From NCBI RefSeq assembly GCF_009914755.1, contig NC_060925.1: 64,000 nt of DNA, one strand, 5' to 3'. Origin of the DNA: the human T2T-CHM13v2.0 reference genome, Homo sapiens. The position numbers and the translations under genes were made by a program. Below are positions 39,701 through 57,900 of this stretch, one piece after another; the stretch's first letter is position 1; each line of letters starts with the position of its first letter. The notes under the pieces were generated by a model. That model did not search any database. It was given only the letters and a program-made list of their open reading frames with translations, and was not told where the DNA came from.

Positions 39701-41124
39701 AAATAAGGGTCTTAATCAGTGTATGACCGCCCTGGCTTCTTTGAGCTCACCGACCATGTCGGGGCCAACAGCCCCATGTGACTTTGGGCGCCTGCAGTCC
39801 CCGGGGGCTGGAGAAGCTGCATGGACACCATGCTCTGTCCTGAGCGCACCTGACACAAGTGTCGCTCTCCTGCCTGGGCCCACTGGGAGTGTGTGGAGCA
39901 GGCGAGTTGGAGAACAGGTTATGGCCAGAGGGGATGGTGGGACTGGCCACCCCCAAGGTGACTGGGCTCTGCGGGGGCACTGAACGCAGCACCCACCCTC
40001 CGAGGCTAGCCAGGCAGGAGTGGGCCTTGCTTGTGAGTGAGGAGGGGTGGGGAGGCCAGGCTCCTTCTCCACTCAGGCTCTCAGCGTCCCGTACTTTCCT
40101 GCTTTTCCAGGCTGTTCATGTCAAGTGTTCATCACGACACAGGCAGGAGGTCAATATTTTGGGGGGCTGTGAGGTTTTGTGATGCTGTTTTTATTTATGG
40201 CCTTGACAGCAGTCAGATAGAAGCGCTGAGCTAAGCCGCCATGTTTGGGGATCTGTGCCTTTACTATGAGTTCCTATTACTCATGCCCCTGACACCACAT
40301 TGCATGCACTTTCTAAATGCTGATCCATAAGAAGAGGCTGGGAATGGGGACAGGGTGCCCTGCAGCCCAACATGCACACAGCAGGAGGCCATGTCCCAGG
40401 GGCGCCCTGGACCAGGTGTGGGGGCCCTGCATGCACGTAGCTTGAGGGTGCCCTGTAACTCAGACTTATGGCAGCTGAGTGGAGGCGGCATCACAGGGGA
40501 ACACCACGCCTTCCCTTTTAACCTGTATGCTCTTTGGCTAATGGGTTTGTGACAGTGAACGCCTGCTCACCCGCCTCTGTGCACCCCGCCCACCCCCACC
40601 CCCACCCCCACCCTCTGCTTTTGCGGGTGAGCCACTCCTGTGCCCATGCCCCCCAAACTCCCATTGTGCTGGGCATGACTGCAGAGGACCCAGGACCCTG
40701 GGCTGAGCAGGGCCCATGGCTTCAGAGTGATGGGGACAGGAGGCCATGCCAGGCACAGCCCTTGGGGTCCCAGATGCTCACACCAACCAGTACCCAGAAA
40801 CCACCTGGGAAACTACCGGTGCAAAGGGCCTGGCAGGAGAGAGTGTGGGACCTGTGCTGAGGGCCGGAGGCCAGCACCTGACAAGCCCTCCCAAGGCCAC
40901 TACCAGGCTGCACCAGCTGAACAGGTCAAGCAGAGACCGAGTGCTTGACCGAGTGCTGAGTGGGACTTCAGGCTTGGAGGACTCACCCCACCCCAAGCCT
41001 TTCCTGTCCTCCCAGTTGTCGCTTTAATGAAGGCCAAGTGTGCGGGGCAAGTGCTGGGTGTCATGGAGGCCCTGGCTGTGGAAGGTAATACGTGTTATAG
41101 CAGTGGGGAGTTTCTCATTATTCA

Positions 41125-42204
<1,080 letters not shown>

Positions 42205-42205
<1 letters not shown>

Positions 42206-42842
42206 AAAAAAAGTTTCAAAAGTAAAAAATAAAATAAGTTAAAAAGAGAAAACAGCATATAGGATAAGAATATAAAGAAAAATTATTCTGGCACGGCTAT
42301 ATAGTGTTTGTGTTTGAAATTTTATTACAGAAGAGTCAGAGTTAAAGAAAATCGTAGTTTGTAATATACAAAAGTTACAGGAAGCTAAGGCTCACCTGTT
42401 ATTGAAGAAAGACTTTTTAAAATAAATTTAGTGGAGCCTTAGTGCGCAGTGTTGATAAAGTCCACAGTAGTGTTCAGTCATGCCTAAGCCTTCACGCTCA
42501 CTCACCACACACCCAGGGCCGCGTCCAGTCCTGCCAGCCCTGCTCACGGGAAGCGCTCTACACTGCGTGCCATTTCGTATCTTTATGCTGCACATTTACG
42601 GCACCTTCTCCACGTTTAGATGTGCAGGTAGTTAGCGTGGTGCTCCAGCTACTTGTGCTGCTTGGTGCTGTGGTGTGCCATGCAGGCCTGCAGCTTGGGG
42701 GGGTGTGCCCCGCTACACAGCCGGCCACCACAGGCCCTGCCCCCTCAGTGTGTGTATGTGTACTCTAGCGTTGTCCCACGATGAGACCCCGAGCCATGGT
42801 TCCTCAGGATGCATCCACATCATTAGGCAGCACATGACTATT
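42205..42842 (+). mobile_element. Tigger3-like DNA transposon 3' part
   Basis: aataaatttagtggagcc...agtccacagtagtg...gccttcacgctcactcaccac; terminal cattaggcagcacatgacta. Confidence 0.7.
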
Positions 42843-45800
42843 TTAGTATATCATGATTTTGTTTTCATTCATCTCAAATAATTTACTAATTTCCCTTCCA
42901 TCACCTGTTGGTTGTTTAATTTGTAAACACTTCAGTTTGCCGTGTTGCTAGCTTCCCTCTGCTGTGGTTGGAGGAGACACCTGCTGTGGATCCATCTCTC
43001 TAGGCTTGTTGAGGGCTGCCTCCCAGTCCGTGGCCCATCTCCCAGCCTGTGGCCCATGGAGGCATCTGGTACAGAGGAGAATGGGCTCCTGCGGTTGTAG
43101 GTGGAGCTCTCTGCACTGGTCTCCTGGGCCATGGGTTTATAGTGCTGTGCAGGCTGCCTGTTCCTGTTTCTGTATGGATCCTCTGCTTAGCTGTTCTGTT
43201 CATTTTGACACGTTTGCTAGCCTTTAAATGTGGTCAGCAGGTATTACGCAGTCTTGGTTCAGGCTGGGAAGTGGGTTTGTGCAGCTGTTGACACCATGTG
43301 TTGAAGGATGAAAGAGCAATGCCGGAGGTAGGTTCACTGGGCCAGGTGTCACCCACCGGGAGAGTGAGGCTGCAGAGTGGCCCTCAATGGCAGGGGTCAG
43401 CACTGTGGCTGCTGCTGAGCTGTGTGTCACAGCCCTGAGTGTTGGGCCCTGTTCCTGTCCCCTCCATGCACAGCAGTGTCCCGCCTCGAGGTGTAGGTGA
43501 GAGGCAAGGGGGACCGGGCCGCAGCGCGCAGGGCAGAGCATGAGGTGCCTGGCAAGTTGGGAGCAGACTCATTGGCCACAGCTCTGGCCGTGTTGGTTCA
43601 GGCTGGGAAGTGGGTTTTGTGGGGCTGTGGCCAACCTCTTGAAAGAGCCACATTTTAGTGCATTTTCAGTTTGTTTCCTATTTTGAGGGTACCACTGAGG
43701 TTCTTCCACGTGTGCGATGCACCTTCAGTGGCACTCAGTTCACATTCACTGAACACTTTAGTGAGGGTTCATCGTCCCTCAAGCACTCGGGTCTCTTAAT
43801 GGGAATCTCCATCCCTGGTCTAGGAGCAGGGAGCGCTCTTGGGCAGGACAATCCAGTCCAGGCCCAGCTCCTTGCTCTGCATGGCGTTTCCTGTGCACGC
43901 CTGGAGTGAGCTCAGCTGGCCCGGCTGAATCAAAGTCCCCTCTGAGCAGCGAGGCCGCCGTGCTCATTGCCTCGACCCACCGCCGCGGGGGCGTCCTGAG
44001 GAGGGGGGCCCTGCATCTGCCCCCCCGGCTAGTGCACAGACCACCTTGGCCTCCAGGAATGCAGCGGAGGGGACTTGGGCGGGCCGCAGGGTGGTCTGCG
44101 AGTGCCGAGTGTGACAGATCGCAGCAGAGAGTGTTCTTTACGGCCTCCAGAGCTTGGCTGCGGTGAGAGCCAATTTTCCCCCTTTACATTCTCTGCAGCA
44201 TATTAATGGCCCCAACTGGTAGAACTATTTTGAGTTGTAGACAGCTTGATTTATCCCAGCTCTGTTCTTAAATGGTTGCTAATTTCTCACTGCAAGAAAA
44301 TTCACAGTTCCTCAGTGAGTCAGCTTAATGACACGGCCAGGGCAGCCCAGCTAACAGCAGACTGCTCTCGGTGCTTGGCTTGGTACGGTGATGTGCCGCA
44401 CTCCGGCGTCGCGAGGCGAGCCAGAGCAGACATGTCCCATGGGACACAAGAGCCGATGTCCCGCAGAGTTTGGAGGCCAAGGCCGTGCGTGCCTCTGGAG
44501 CACTGTCTTCCCGGGCTGCTGGTGGCAGCGAACGCACAAGGCTGGGACGTCTTCAGGCCCCCAGCACTCAGCCTTGCCCTAATGGTGCGCGCATGGACAC
44601 ACAGCTGCTTTGTAGGTGGGCCCACCCTACTTCATTAGGCTATTTTTCTATATTTATTTTTTGCCTTTATAAACAAAATGGAAATGGTGAGAATGCTAAA
44701 TTCTCTTGTTTTTGCTCTGCAGGGCTTCCGGCCTATGTCGCTGTCAACCCAGACAGTGTTGGTGATGCTTTGCTCCGAGTCTGCAGGAGCTTTGTGGAGA
44801 CAGAGACTTTCCTAGCAGGGCAGCAAGCGGAAGCTTTTCTTCCAGAACAGCCTTTGCTCAGGGCATGAGGGAGCCGGCCAGGCCCACAGCGCCCAGGGCA
44901 TCCTCCTCACGGATGTGTTGGAGGAAAGTGGCTTTGGTGCTATCCTGGGGGACCATGGCCATAAGCTGGCAGTGTCAGCCACGCATCAGTTGCGTTTCTT
45001 TGTTCAGGTTGTGCCTCTTGCTGCCTGCCTGAGTCACCCAGGGCTGCTCCCCTTCCTGGCTCTGACGCCCTCAGCGGGTCCCACAAGCCGCTCAGGACCA
45101 CAGAGTCTGGCCATGGGTCTGGCCAGGCATCCACTGATGCTCTAAGCTGCAGCTTCTCTTAGGAACACTTCTATCAGGTCTGGCTCGCAGGCATGCCCCA
45201 GGGCCAGCCTGGATTGTACTGTCCTTCAAGCACTCCTTGCTCTATTTCTTTGAAGTTTATAAAAGTTTGTTTCCCCCAAAACCCAAAGCACTTTTAATCA
45301 GGTAGTTTCTGTGGAGGTCGAACTGGCTGGAAGGAAGGCTGGTTCCTGGATTTCTTTACTCATGTAGCAGGGACTCAAGGAAGTCTGATTTGCGCCTCGC
45401 CTCTGACTCAGAGCCCATGAAGGTTCCTGTGTGAGGCCACTGGCTGCCTCGGAGCTGACAGCATCCTGCACAATGGCTAGATGGCTTGTCACCCCAGGCC
45501 GCAGAGGAACAACTGTTTCTAGGGTTTGGCCAGACTTCACATTCTCCATTCTTTCCATCCCTGTTATGTGGAATGCACACGATGCCATGTAATTACTTCA
45601 GTCCCTTCTCAAAGGAAAAAGAATCTGGACCTGCACTCCAGGACACTAGCAGTTTGAAGGTTCGCTCAGGAATGTTCTTTGTCTGCAGACCTAGCAGCTG
45701 TACAGATCGCTCTTGTGTTTTTGCACTATTAATTAACTTCAAGTGCAATTTTGGCAGGCAGGCCAAGGGTCTCAACAGGCTATTTGGAATGAGTTCTCTT

Positions 45801-48800
45801 TTAAGGCCTTCAACGTAGTGAGACATTTTCAAATCAAAAAGTACAGCAGGAGCCAGCCTTTATTTTGTCTGTGTACACAATAAAATATTCCGCTTCTATA
45901 GGCAGATCAGCTGGTCTTAGTCACAAATAAATTGTGCATATTATTACTGTGCTTAATAGGCAAAACCCTAAACTATAGAAATTTTTGCTATTCCCACTGC
46001 TTTCTTATGCACTAGAAAAAGGCATGAATTTGATGTCTTTTTTAAAAAAAAAAGTTATTTTATTTTCTTCTTTATATTCTGGGGAGATGTCATAGACAAT
46101 ATTTTTAGGTTGAGAATAATTGTACATACTCATGGGTTACGTAGTGAAGTTTTCCATACATGAAACATAAAGTGATCACATCACAACCAGGGTCACTAGC
46201 ACGGCCAGTATCTTGGGCACGCACCACTCAGCCTTGCAGGGAAGGTGGCGCACAGGGGTGCCGGGCTGCCTGGGTCTGTTGGAGATGACCCTGGGGGACA
46301 GGCGTCTTGTGGGGAAGATAGTGAACGGGAGTGTGGGGCTGTTGGGGTCTGTGTGGAGGTGGCCCCAGGTGGACGGGCTTCATGCCTCCCTGTGGTCCTG
46401 ATCTCCATGTGGCTCCTGATCCCTGAGTTGTTGCGGGTCTCTGCTGGGCCTTGCCGTAGGTAGTGTAACCTTCATGGCGGCTTGCTAGGACTGTATATAA
46501 AAGAAGAATATGATGTATGTTTAATAATTATTGGCATTGATGTATGTCAAATGGTACTCTATGTCTATTGGGTTCAGTACAGTATTTTATTTGTTTTCCC
46601 TATCATTTTTACCTTTGAACATCTGGGTCAGGGTTAGACAGATTTAATACAGCTTATTCAGCTACTCTTAGTGTCATCCTGCCAAAGACACTCCAGTCAG
46701 AGAGCCAGAGCAGGTCCTGGCCCAGCCTCCCTTGGATGTCCCAGGGCCCTGCCACCATCTGTAAGGGGTATAGGACTTCTGGCGGTGACCCGGGATGTGG
46801 TCTGGGTCATGCCCCACAGCATCTCTATGTGCAATGAGTGTATCCTCAGGACCGGGGGCAGGTCACCCTCTCTGTGAAACAGATAAAATGTGCCACGTTC
46901 TTAGAACAATGTCAGCTTACATTGCATATCCAATAACTCAGCTTTCATTCAGGATAGCTATAGGATGGTAAAAACAGAAGACAAAGTTGTGTATGTACTT
47001 TAATCCCAAATTTGAGTTATTCGCAAGAGTGTATGGACATAGCGACGGGGGAAAAAGCCAGATAGGAGTGTGCTTGTGTCACTGATGGTGCCAGCCTAAC
47101 AGTGGTCTGTATTATGGGCAGATTTTGTTTTATTCCTTAACTTCTCTCATGTTTCCTGGTTTTCTACATGCAGTTATTAACAGAAAAGACAAATAGTGGT
47201 GTCTCCTGATAGCACTGCACGCCATGGTCATGGAGAGGGCAGAGCTGATGCAGGGGCTAGTGGGAGGCATTGGAGCTGTGGGTCCTGGCAGGGGCCTTGG
47301 GCCATCTCCCCAGCCGTCAGCTCATGGGAGCCCTGTGGCCCTGAAGGACATTTAAATTCTAAATACACTTAAATCACATTTTAGTATGGTTGACGAGGGA
47401 CATAGGGACTGAGACCAGATCCCGAGCGGATCCATGTCCCTGGCTTCCAGGAGGCCTCCTCACAGGATGTGGGCACAGGGACAGTGTGAGTGTGCAGCCC
47501 AGCCATCCCTTCCAAGGGCTGTGCCTGCTGGTTCCAGCAATGCCCTCAGGATCACACTGACAGCAGGGGCAGGTGAGAAGGGAGCAGGTTAGCAGAGCCA
47601 GCAAGGGGTGGGCTGAGGCTTTCTTCCCTGTCACAGCACAATTTGGGTGTGGGCCACGTGAGATCATGGGCCAGGCGGTGGAAAAGACCTCCTGTGTGAG
47701 GTCATCTGCCCGTCCTCCTGGAGCCACTGACCCCACCATATACTTTCCAGAGCCCCATCCAGCGATCTAAGTCATGACTCAACAGATGGAGTTTCTGCCA
47801 GCTCCCGAGGGTGTAGAAGCCCTGCTGTCTGGGACTGGGGCTCTAGTCAGGCATTTATTCATCTGTCTTATGACAAATATCTCAGCAGGAAGGCCAGGTT
47901 TGGAAAGGGACATGTGGCTCATTTCACCTCTGCCGTGTGCCTGTGAGTGACCTCAGCCCCCAACTCCCTGTGCCATCTGCAGAGGGGCTGGGCAGCTGGC
48001 CGGGGAAGGGCTCCTTCTGCAGCATGGCAGCCACCCTGGCTGGGCCCATTCCGGTTTTCACAGCTTGTTCGCATTTGTGATCTCATGTGAGCCACACCGT
48101 TCAGTGGAGGGAGCTGGATCTGACCAGCTGGCCCTCTGTCCTGGCCGCCTTCATACTGTTTCTCATGGGTCAGATGAAGGCCGGACCATAGGCGGGGGCA
48201 TTGCTTGTGACCCTGAATCCCAAGCTGCATGTGTCCCACTGCTGGCCACCCTGCTGGGGAGCACTGAATCACCTGCCCTGGCTGCCCAACCCCACAGGAT
48301 GCTGAGCCTCCCGCCATGTCACTGGGCGGAGCGTGGGGAGGCTGCTCCCCCAGGGCTCAGGAGTGCTGTTCCTAGAGGCAACCAGAGGAGCTGTAGGGGC
48401 CCCCCTCAAGATCACCACGCCCTAGACCTTGGATGGTCACTGCTGTCCAACTGGTGGGTACACAGCACTGAGGGTTCCTTCTCCTGACCTAAGCAGTGAT
48501 CCAGAACTTTCCCTGAAAGAGGACATGGACATTTATTGCAAGTGGTGGGTCACTCAAGTTTCCTTTCCAGTGTATTCTTCTCCATTGTCAGGTGGGCATA
48601 TGAGGCTTCTAGACCTAGGCTGAGTGTGTAAAGCAGCGCTTCACAGTGTGGTTCACCTTCCTAGATTCCTCATAGAACACAGCTCATTAAGCCACAGACA
48701 CAGCACCAGCTCAGCCCTTAGCTCATCGCCCCTGCTGCAACCAGGGGACACATCTCTGTGCTAGCATTCCTGGGGCGGCCCACCCCATCCAGCCTTCCCT

Positions 48801-49460
48801 ATCCACACCTGCCTGGCCCTGCGTGCCTCCACCTTCTGCATCTGCTGGGCCGGGGACCATCTCCCACACCCCCACGGTGCTGGCTGCCCTCCACCGTATG
48901 GAGAGTTTCATTCTGTCATTTGCATTGTGCATGAAACATCTCACACTTAGAGACAAGAGAAGGGGTTTGTGTTTCTTTTTAATCCTGCTTTCCCACTCCA
49001 GTCTGCAGTTAGGGACCCACATGCAGACAGGTCTCACCCAGCATAGTGGCTGGGTGAGAGCTGGGACTCAAATCCGAGCTGCGTGCCCAGGTCCCCAGCT
49101 GCCCCACTGTGGGCAGGAATTCCACACCCACATGCAACGCTCCCACAAGGTCAGCCAAACAGAGCACTCCGCAGCCTGGAGATGGCAGGCCAGGGTGTGG
49201 CCACTGCACCAGGCAGGAGGTGCGGGCAGGCAGCTGGCAGGAGGTGGGGCAGGCACCTCATCTCATCAGGCCTGTACTGGCAGAGGCAGAGCCATGACCT
49301 GACCCTGGTGCTGGGCTGCCGGCTCCCTCCTGCTGGCTCGCAGATGGCATCACCCAGGTGGTAACGCAAAGGCTCTTGGGTGTGTGAGAGGGGGAGATGT
49401 TGTCTGTGCTAGAGTTTGCAGAGATGGCAGCCTCTGCTGTGATCTTGTGCTTCTCCCCAG

Positions 49461-49607
49461 ATCCTGAGGAGGATGAAGGGGCTGGCCCTGGAGGCCGAGA
49501 GTGAGCTGGAGAGACAAGACGAAGCCCTGGATGGCGTTGCAGCAGCTGTGGACAGGGCAACCTTGACCATCGACAAGCACAACAGGCGGATGAAGAGGCT
49601 GACCTAG
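49461..49607 (+). CDS. SNAP47: SNAP47 exon 5 coding part (C-terminal Qc SNARE motif, stop TAG)
   Basis: Acceptor ttctccccag|ATC; ILRRMKGLALEAESELERQDEALDGVAAAVDRATLTIDKHNRRMKRLT*; exons 2-5 total 1260 nt = 419 aa + stop. Confidence 0.96.
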   Translation: MLRRMKGLALEAESELERQDEALDGVAAAVDRATLTIDKHNRRMKRLT

Positions 49608-50137
49608 GGGCAGAACGTCCCTGCATTCCTGTCTCACCCTGCACATCCCGCTGAGATGGAGGGCTGGGCGGCAGTGCCAGGGCTGCAGAGGCCTGTGGCC
49701 CTCCGGAGTGGTCTTCCTCTGGATGGGGCTGCTACTGTGGGGCTGCTTCTGCACCAGGGGCCTCCCCAGGTGTGCACCATGCCTGCCTCCCACTTGGCTG
49801 TCCCTGCTGCTGGGCAGGACCCGGCCACATGTTCTGCGGATGCTGCAGAAGTGTGGACCATGGCGGGACCCCAAGGACACTTGGCACAGGCCTGGAAGAG
49901 GCCGCCCTCGTCTTGTCTCGGCTCCCTTTCATGGACAGACTGGCCTTCTTAGCTGTACTATAAATTTGTGAGTGAAGTTAGAGCCCAGCTCACTTAGCCA
50001 GCTCACTTTGAGGGCATCCTATAAACACCCAACTGTTCTTTTATCGTCTCGGTTTTAGCCAAAAGTGAAATTAGCATGACTGCATCTTTCAAACAAAAAT
50101 ATTGATTTCTGCTTTTAGGGCCCCGTTTCCATCCAGA

Positions 50138-50143
50138 AATAAA
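50138..50143 (+). terminator. SNAP47: SNAP47 polyadenylation signal AATAAA
   Basis: AATAAA about 530 nt after the stop codon, followed by GT-rich gtggtttt. Confidence 0.8.
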
Positions 50144-50429
50144 GGGAAATGCTGGCTTCAGAGTGGTTTTTGAAGATGGGTGCCAGTGTTTCCACCTGGT
50201 GCCTTGTGTCTGGGTCAGTGGCCACTCCCTCAGAGGCCCTGGGGTAGGTGAGCATGGCCTCTGGCGGGACTGCGCGTCACATTGCGGGTGGTGCCCCTTT
50301 GCCATGCTGCTTTCAGATGCCCCGTGCAGGGCTGCAAGGAAGGGTGCGGGCACATGGGAGGCGAGTCCCAGGATGGTGCCACGGCCCAGCCTGTGGGGCC
50401 TCCACGCTGGTGCACCCAATGCCCAGTGG

Positions 50430-51414
<985 letters not shown>

Positions 51415-51589
51415 TGAGTGGGGTCTCCTCTGTCCCTGACCCCTCGCTGTTCTCAGGACTTCACAGTGTGGGTGGGGTCTCCCCTGTCCCTGACCTCTCA
51501 CTGTCAGCAAGTCCTTGCAATATCAGGTGAGGCCTTTTGTGTCACTTGACCATTCCTTGTCCACTGGACCTCAAAACTAACATGATATA

Positions 51590-54755
<3,166 letters not shown>

Positions 54756-55699
54756 GGGCCTTAATGACACCTGCAGAATCCTTTCCAGCCCTTAATTAGT
54801 GTTTGACTGAGGGGTTGAGAGAAGCTGCAGTGCACCAGGGCCAGGAGTCTCAGGCATCTTGGGATCCACCGCCCAGCGTTTCCTCCATCCAGAAGTCCAT
54901 GGGCCAGCCCTCCCTTCTCGCTTACCTGGTCGGGGTGGATGCTTCATCCCTCCATGTACTGTGTGCCAGGCCTCAGGAAAGTACTTCCCGTCTCTGAATG
55001 TCTGTCTCTGAATCAATAACGTGGGGATGTCCACACATCCCACGCACAGTTCTGAAGACACAGTGTCCCACCCACTGGGAACCTCACCCCAACCCCGCAC
55101 GCAGGTCCCAGTGAGTAGGCATTGCCACCTCTCTGCAATTTCTTGTCCCACTCACAGCACATGTCACCACCCGCCACTGCTGCCCTCCTCCCTCAGCTCA
55201 GGGGCTGATGGAGATGTACTGATGCCTCTCCTGATGGTCACTTGTGTTCAGACGTCCCACAGAGGTGGTGAGCCTGGGAGACATCCCCTCCTTTCCCCTC
55301 CCTTGATGTCTTTGAGGGAGGTGGAAGGCACGCAGCGCACTGTGGAGAGACCTTGCTGCTGAGAAGCACGTGGCACCTGTCATAGGCCCCTCTGGCTGCT
55401 ACAAGTTCCCGGGCATGGCGGCTGCAGGGTGGCAGCCAGCCCGGAAAGCCAGGATGGGCCAGGGAGGTGTGGCGGCCCACAGCAACTGCAAGCCCCAGGA
55501 AAAGAAGGGCTGCTTCTGCTCTGTTGACTTGCTGTGAAAAAGGCCAGCTGGATACAAGCCTCCGACATGGAGATGTTAGAATTTGCTCCACATGTTTTAA
55601 TTCAGTGGTTTCTATCGGTGGAGTATTTACAGCAGTGAGGTCAGGAGTCCTGTCCAGTACACGGGGCACTGCTGCCGGCCAGCCCGAGAGGGGACGTCA

Positions 55700-57900
55700 T
55701 AGTTTGCCCACTGGTCACGAATACGGAACGCTTGATGGGCACCTCAGTCCCAGGGAGGAGACCGCGGGAGAGGCGGCGGGACCAGGGTCCCGGCCTTCAG
55801 CGGCTTGCTCCGCACACTCAGGGTTCCCCGGCCCTCTGGCGCTGGGGGAGTTGGGTCGGTTGTGCATGCTGCATGGCCGGAGGCTCGGGGCCAAGGCCAC
55901 CCTTCCGCACCCACCACTCTGGGAGGCTCCAGAGCGCGGCCCTGAGATAGTGCCACACTCACCCCCTGGAAAGGAGGCAAGGCCGCCCTGGACGGAGGCG
56001 ACTCGGAGTCCCGGGAGGAAGGAACGGACACACCGGCCTCCCTGCGGAGGAGGGAGAACGTGGTCCCCAGTGGTATCAGGAAGAGGTAAGGCCACTGGTG
56101 GGGAGAACTGGGAGCCTTCACTGTGACTCCGAGCAGGGGACCAGGGCCAGAGGTGGGTGTGTGTGGTGTCTCAGGAGGGCGCAGGGCACAGCTAGTCTGA
56201 GGGAACCAGGGTGTGGGGCAGGGCCAGCCTGGCAGGCCGCGGTGCCTCTGACTGAAATGCAGTAGACAGAGCAAGACACTGCAGCTTTGCAGCTGCGGAG
56301 AGGTGGGCGCTGTTAATAGGCACAGAGAGACGCTGATACTGGCGTGTCCCCAGAAAAGCCAGGGTGCCCGACCTCCACAGAGTCTCTGGGAGCCGGAGAA
56401 GGTAGGGGTCTCGGTGTGGCCGGAGCGATTCACTGTCTGGCACCCACGATACCGGTCTCCTTTGCTTTCTTTCCATTTTGCAGCATGAGTGGGAAGGAAT
56501 CAGAGCGCAGGAGGGAGGAGGGGGGCCCCGCAGAGCCGGGCCGGGACAGGCAGGGCGAGCCCAGCAGAAGCGCGGTCCTGAGGCCGCCGGATTCCGATCC
56601 AAGGCCCAGAGTGTCCGCGACAGAGCCGGGCTTCACCGAAAGCACACGCTCAGCGGCCTTCCCGGCGAGCGCGCAGCCCCAGTGAACCTATGGCTCAGCA
56701 TTTTCAGAAGAAAGCCTGTCGGCATAGACTTTCCGTGATTTCAAAGGAGACGCTTCCAAAACCAAGGTCTTGACCTAGATTTGGAAGCGATCCCTCCAGA
56801 GCTTACATTTGGAGACCGGTAGAGACCGGGCCTGTTGGGACAACAGCTCCGAGGGCTACGCTGCGTGGACTAGGTTCCAGACGCGCTCTGAGGAGGCGCC
56901 TCCCGGCTAGTTCCTGAGCGCGCTCGAGAGGAGCGTGCCCCGCAGGTGCAGGCGCCGGGACTAGCCAGGGCAGAGCTAGCAGTTCGCCGCGGGCGAGGGA
57001 GGGGCTGTGGGTGTGGCCAGGCGGGGGCGGGGTTAGGGCGCGGCCTGGGTGGGCCGTGACGGTGAGCGTGAGCTGGGGTATGCGTAGGGCACGGCCTAGG
57101 GGTGAGCACGACACAGGGGCGGGCCTTGGGTGGACGCAGAAGGCGTGGGATGGGAGGGGAGGGAGTGGGTGGGGAGAAGGGCGGGGCCATGGTATGGGTG
57201 GCAGGGTGGGCGGGGTCCTGGGTGGGTAGGGGCGGGCGGAGGGCGTGGGAAGCGATGGTTAGGTCCTAGGTGCGGGCGTGATAGTGGGGCTGGGACGAAG
57301 TGGGCGGGCCGTGGGTGGGCGCAGAAGGCGTGGGGTGGGGACAGAGGGCGTGTCCGGGCGAAGTGGTCGGCCTGGGACTGGGGTCTGTAGACACCCGCGT
57401 TGGGATCTGGGCGGGGCGATCGGCGCGGAAGGAGTGTCGGGCCCGGGGGCGGGAGCAGGGCGTCCAGCGGAGAAGGCAGAGGAGGGGAGATGCGGGCTCC
57501 TCCAGGTAGCGCAGGAGCCCCTCCGGCTGCCGGAGCCCCGCGAGGGCGCGAGTGGAGGGCAGGAGCCCGGGCGGCGGAGGAGCGGAAGGGATGCTGCGTT
57601 GCCTTGGAGTGTCAGGGTGGGGGAGGAAAGACCAAGGGACCCACGTCCTTCGCCCCCGCCGCGGAGTCCCGGGCCGGCGAGACTTCCGCAGCCTGCCCAG
57701 CGCCGGGGACCTAGGGCTTTGCAGGAGTCCGCCCGGGAGCTCTATCAGAGCGGGCGTCCTCCCCGCCGCTCCAAAGGTGGCTTGGGGCAGGTGGGGCGTC
57801 CCGGAGGGAATGGAGGGACCCTGCCTAGGGAAGGTGAGTCGTGTGTGGTCGGGTGTGTGTGCACTGCGTGGTGTGTGTACACTCAGGTGTGTGAGTGTAA
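55700..57900. promoter_or_regulatory. Second CpG island downstream of SNAP47, with GC boxes and a G-rich core
   Basis: Dense CpGs, many GGGGCGGGG elements at 57020-57450, strong plus-strand donor AAG|gtgagt at 57833. Confidence 0.7.

Noticed and set aside
43970-44000. Possible CTCF motif in a CpG-rich patch
   Set aside because: Too many mismatches to the consensus to call by eye
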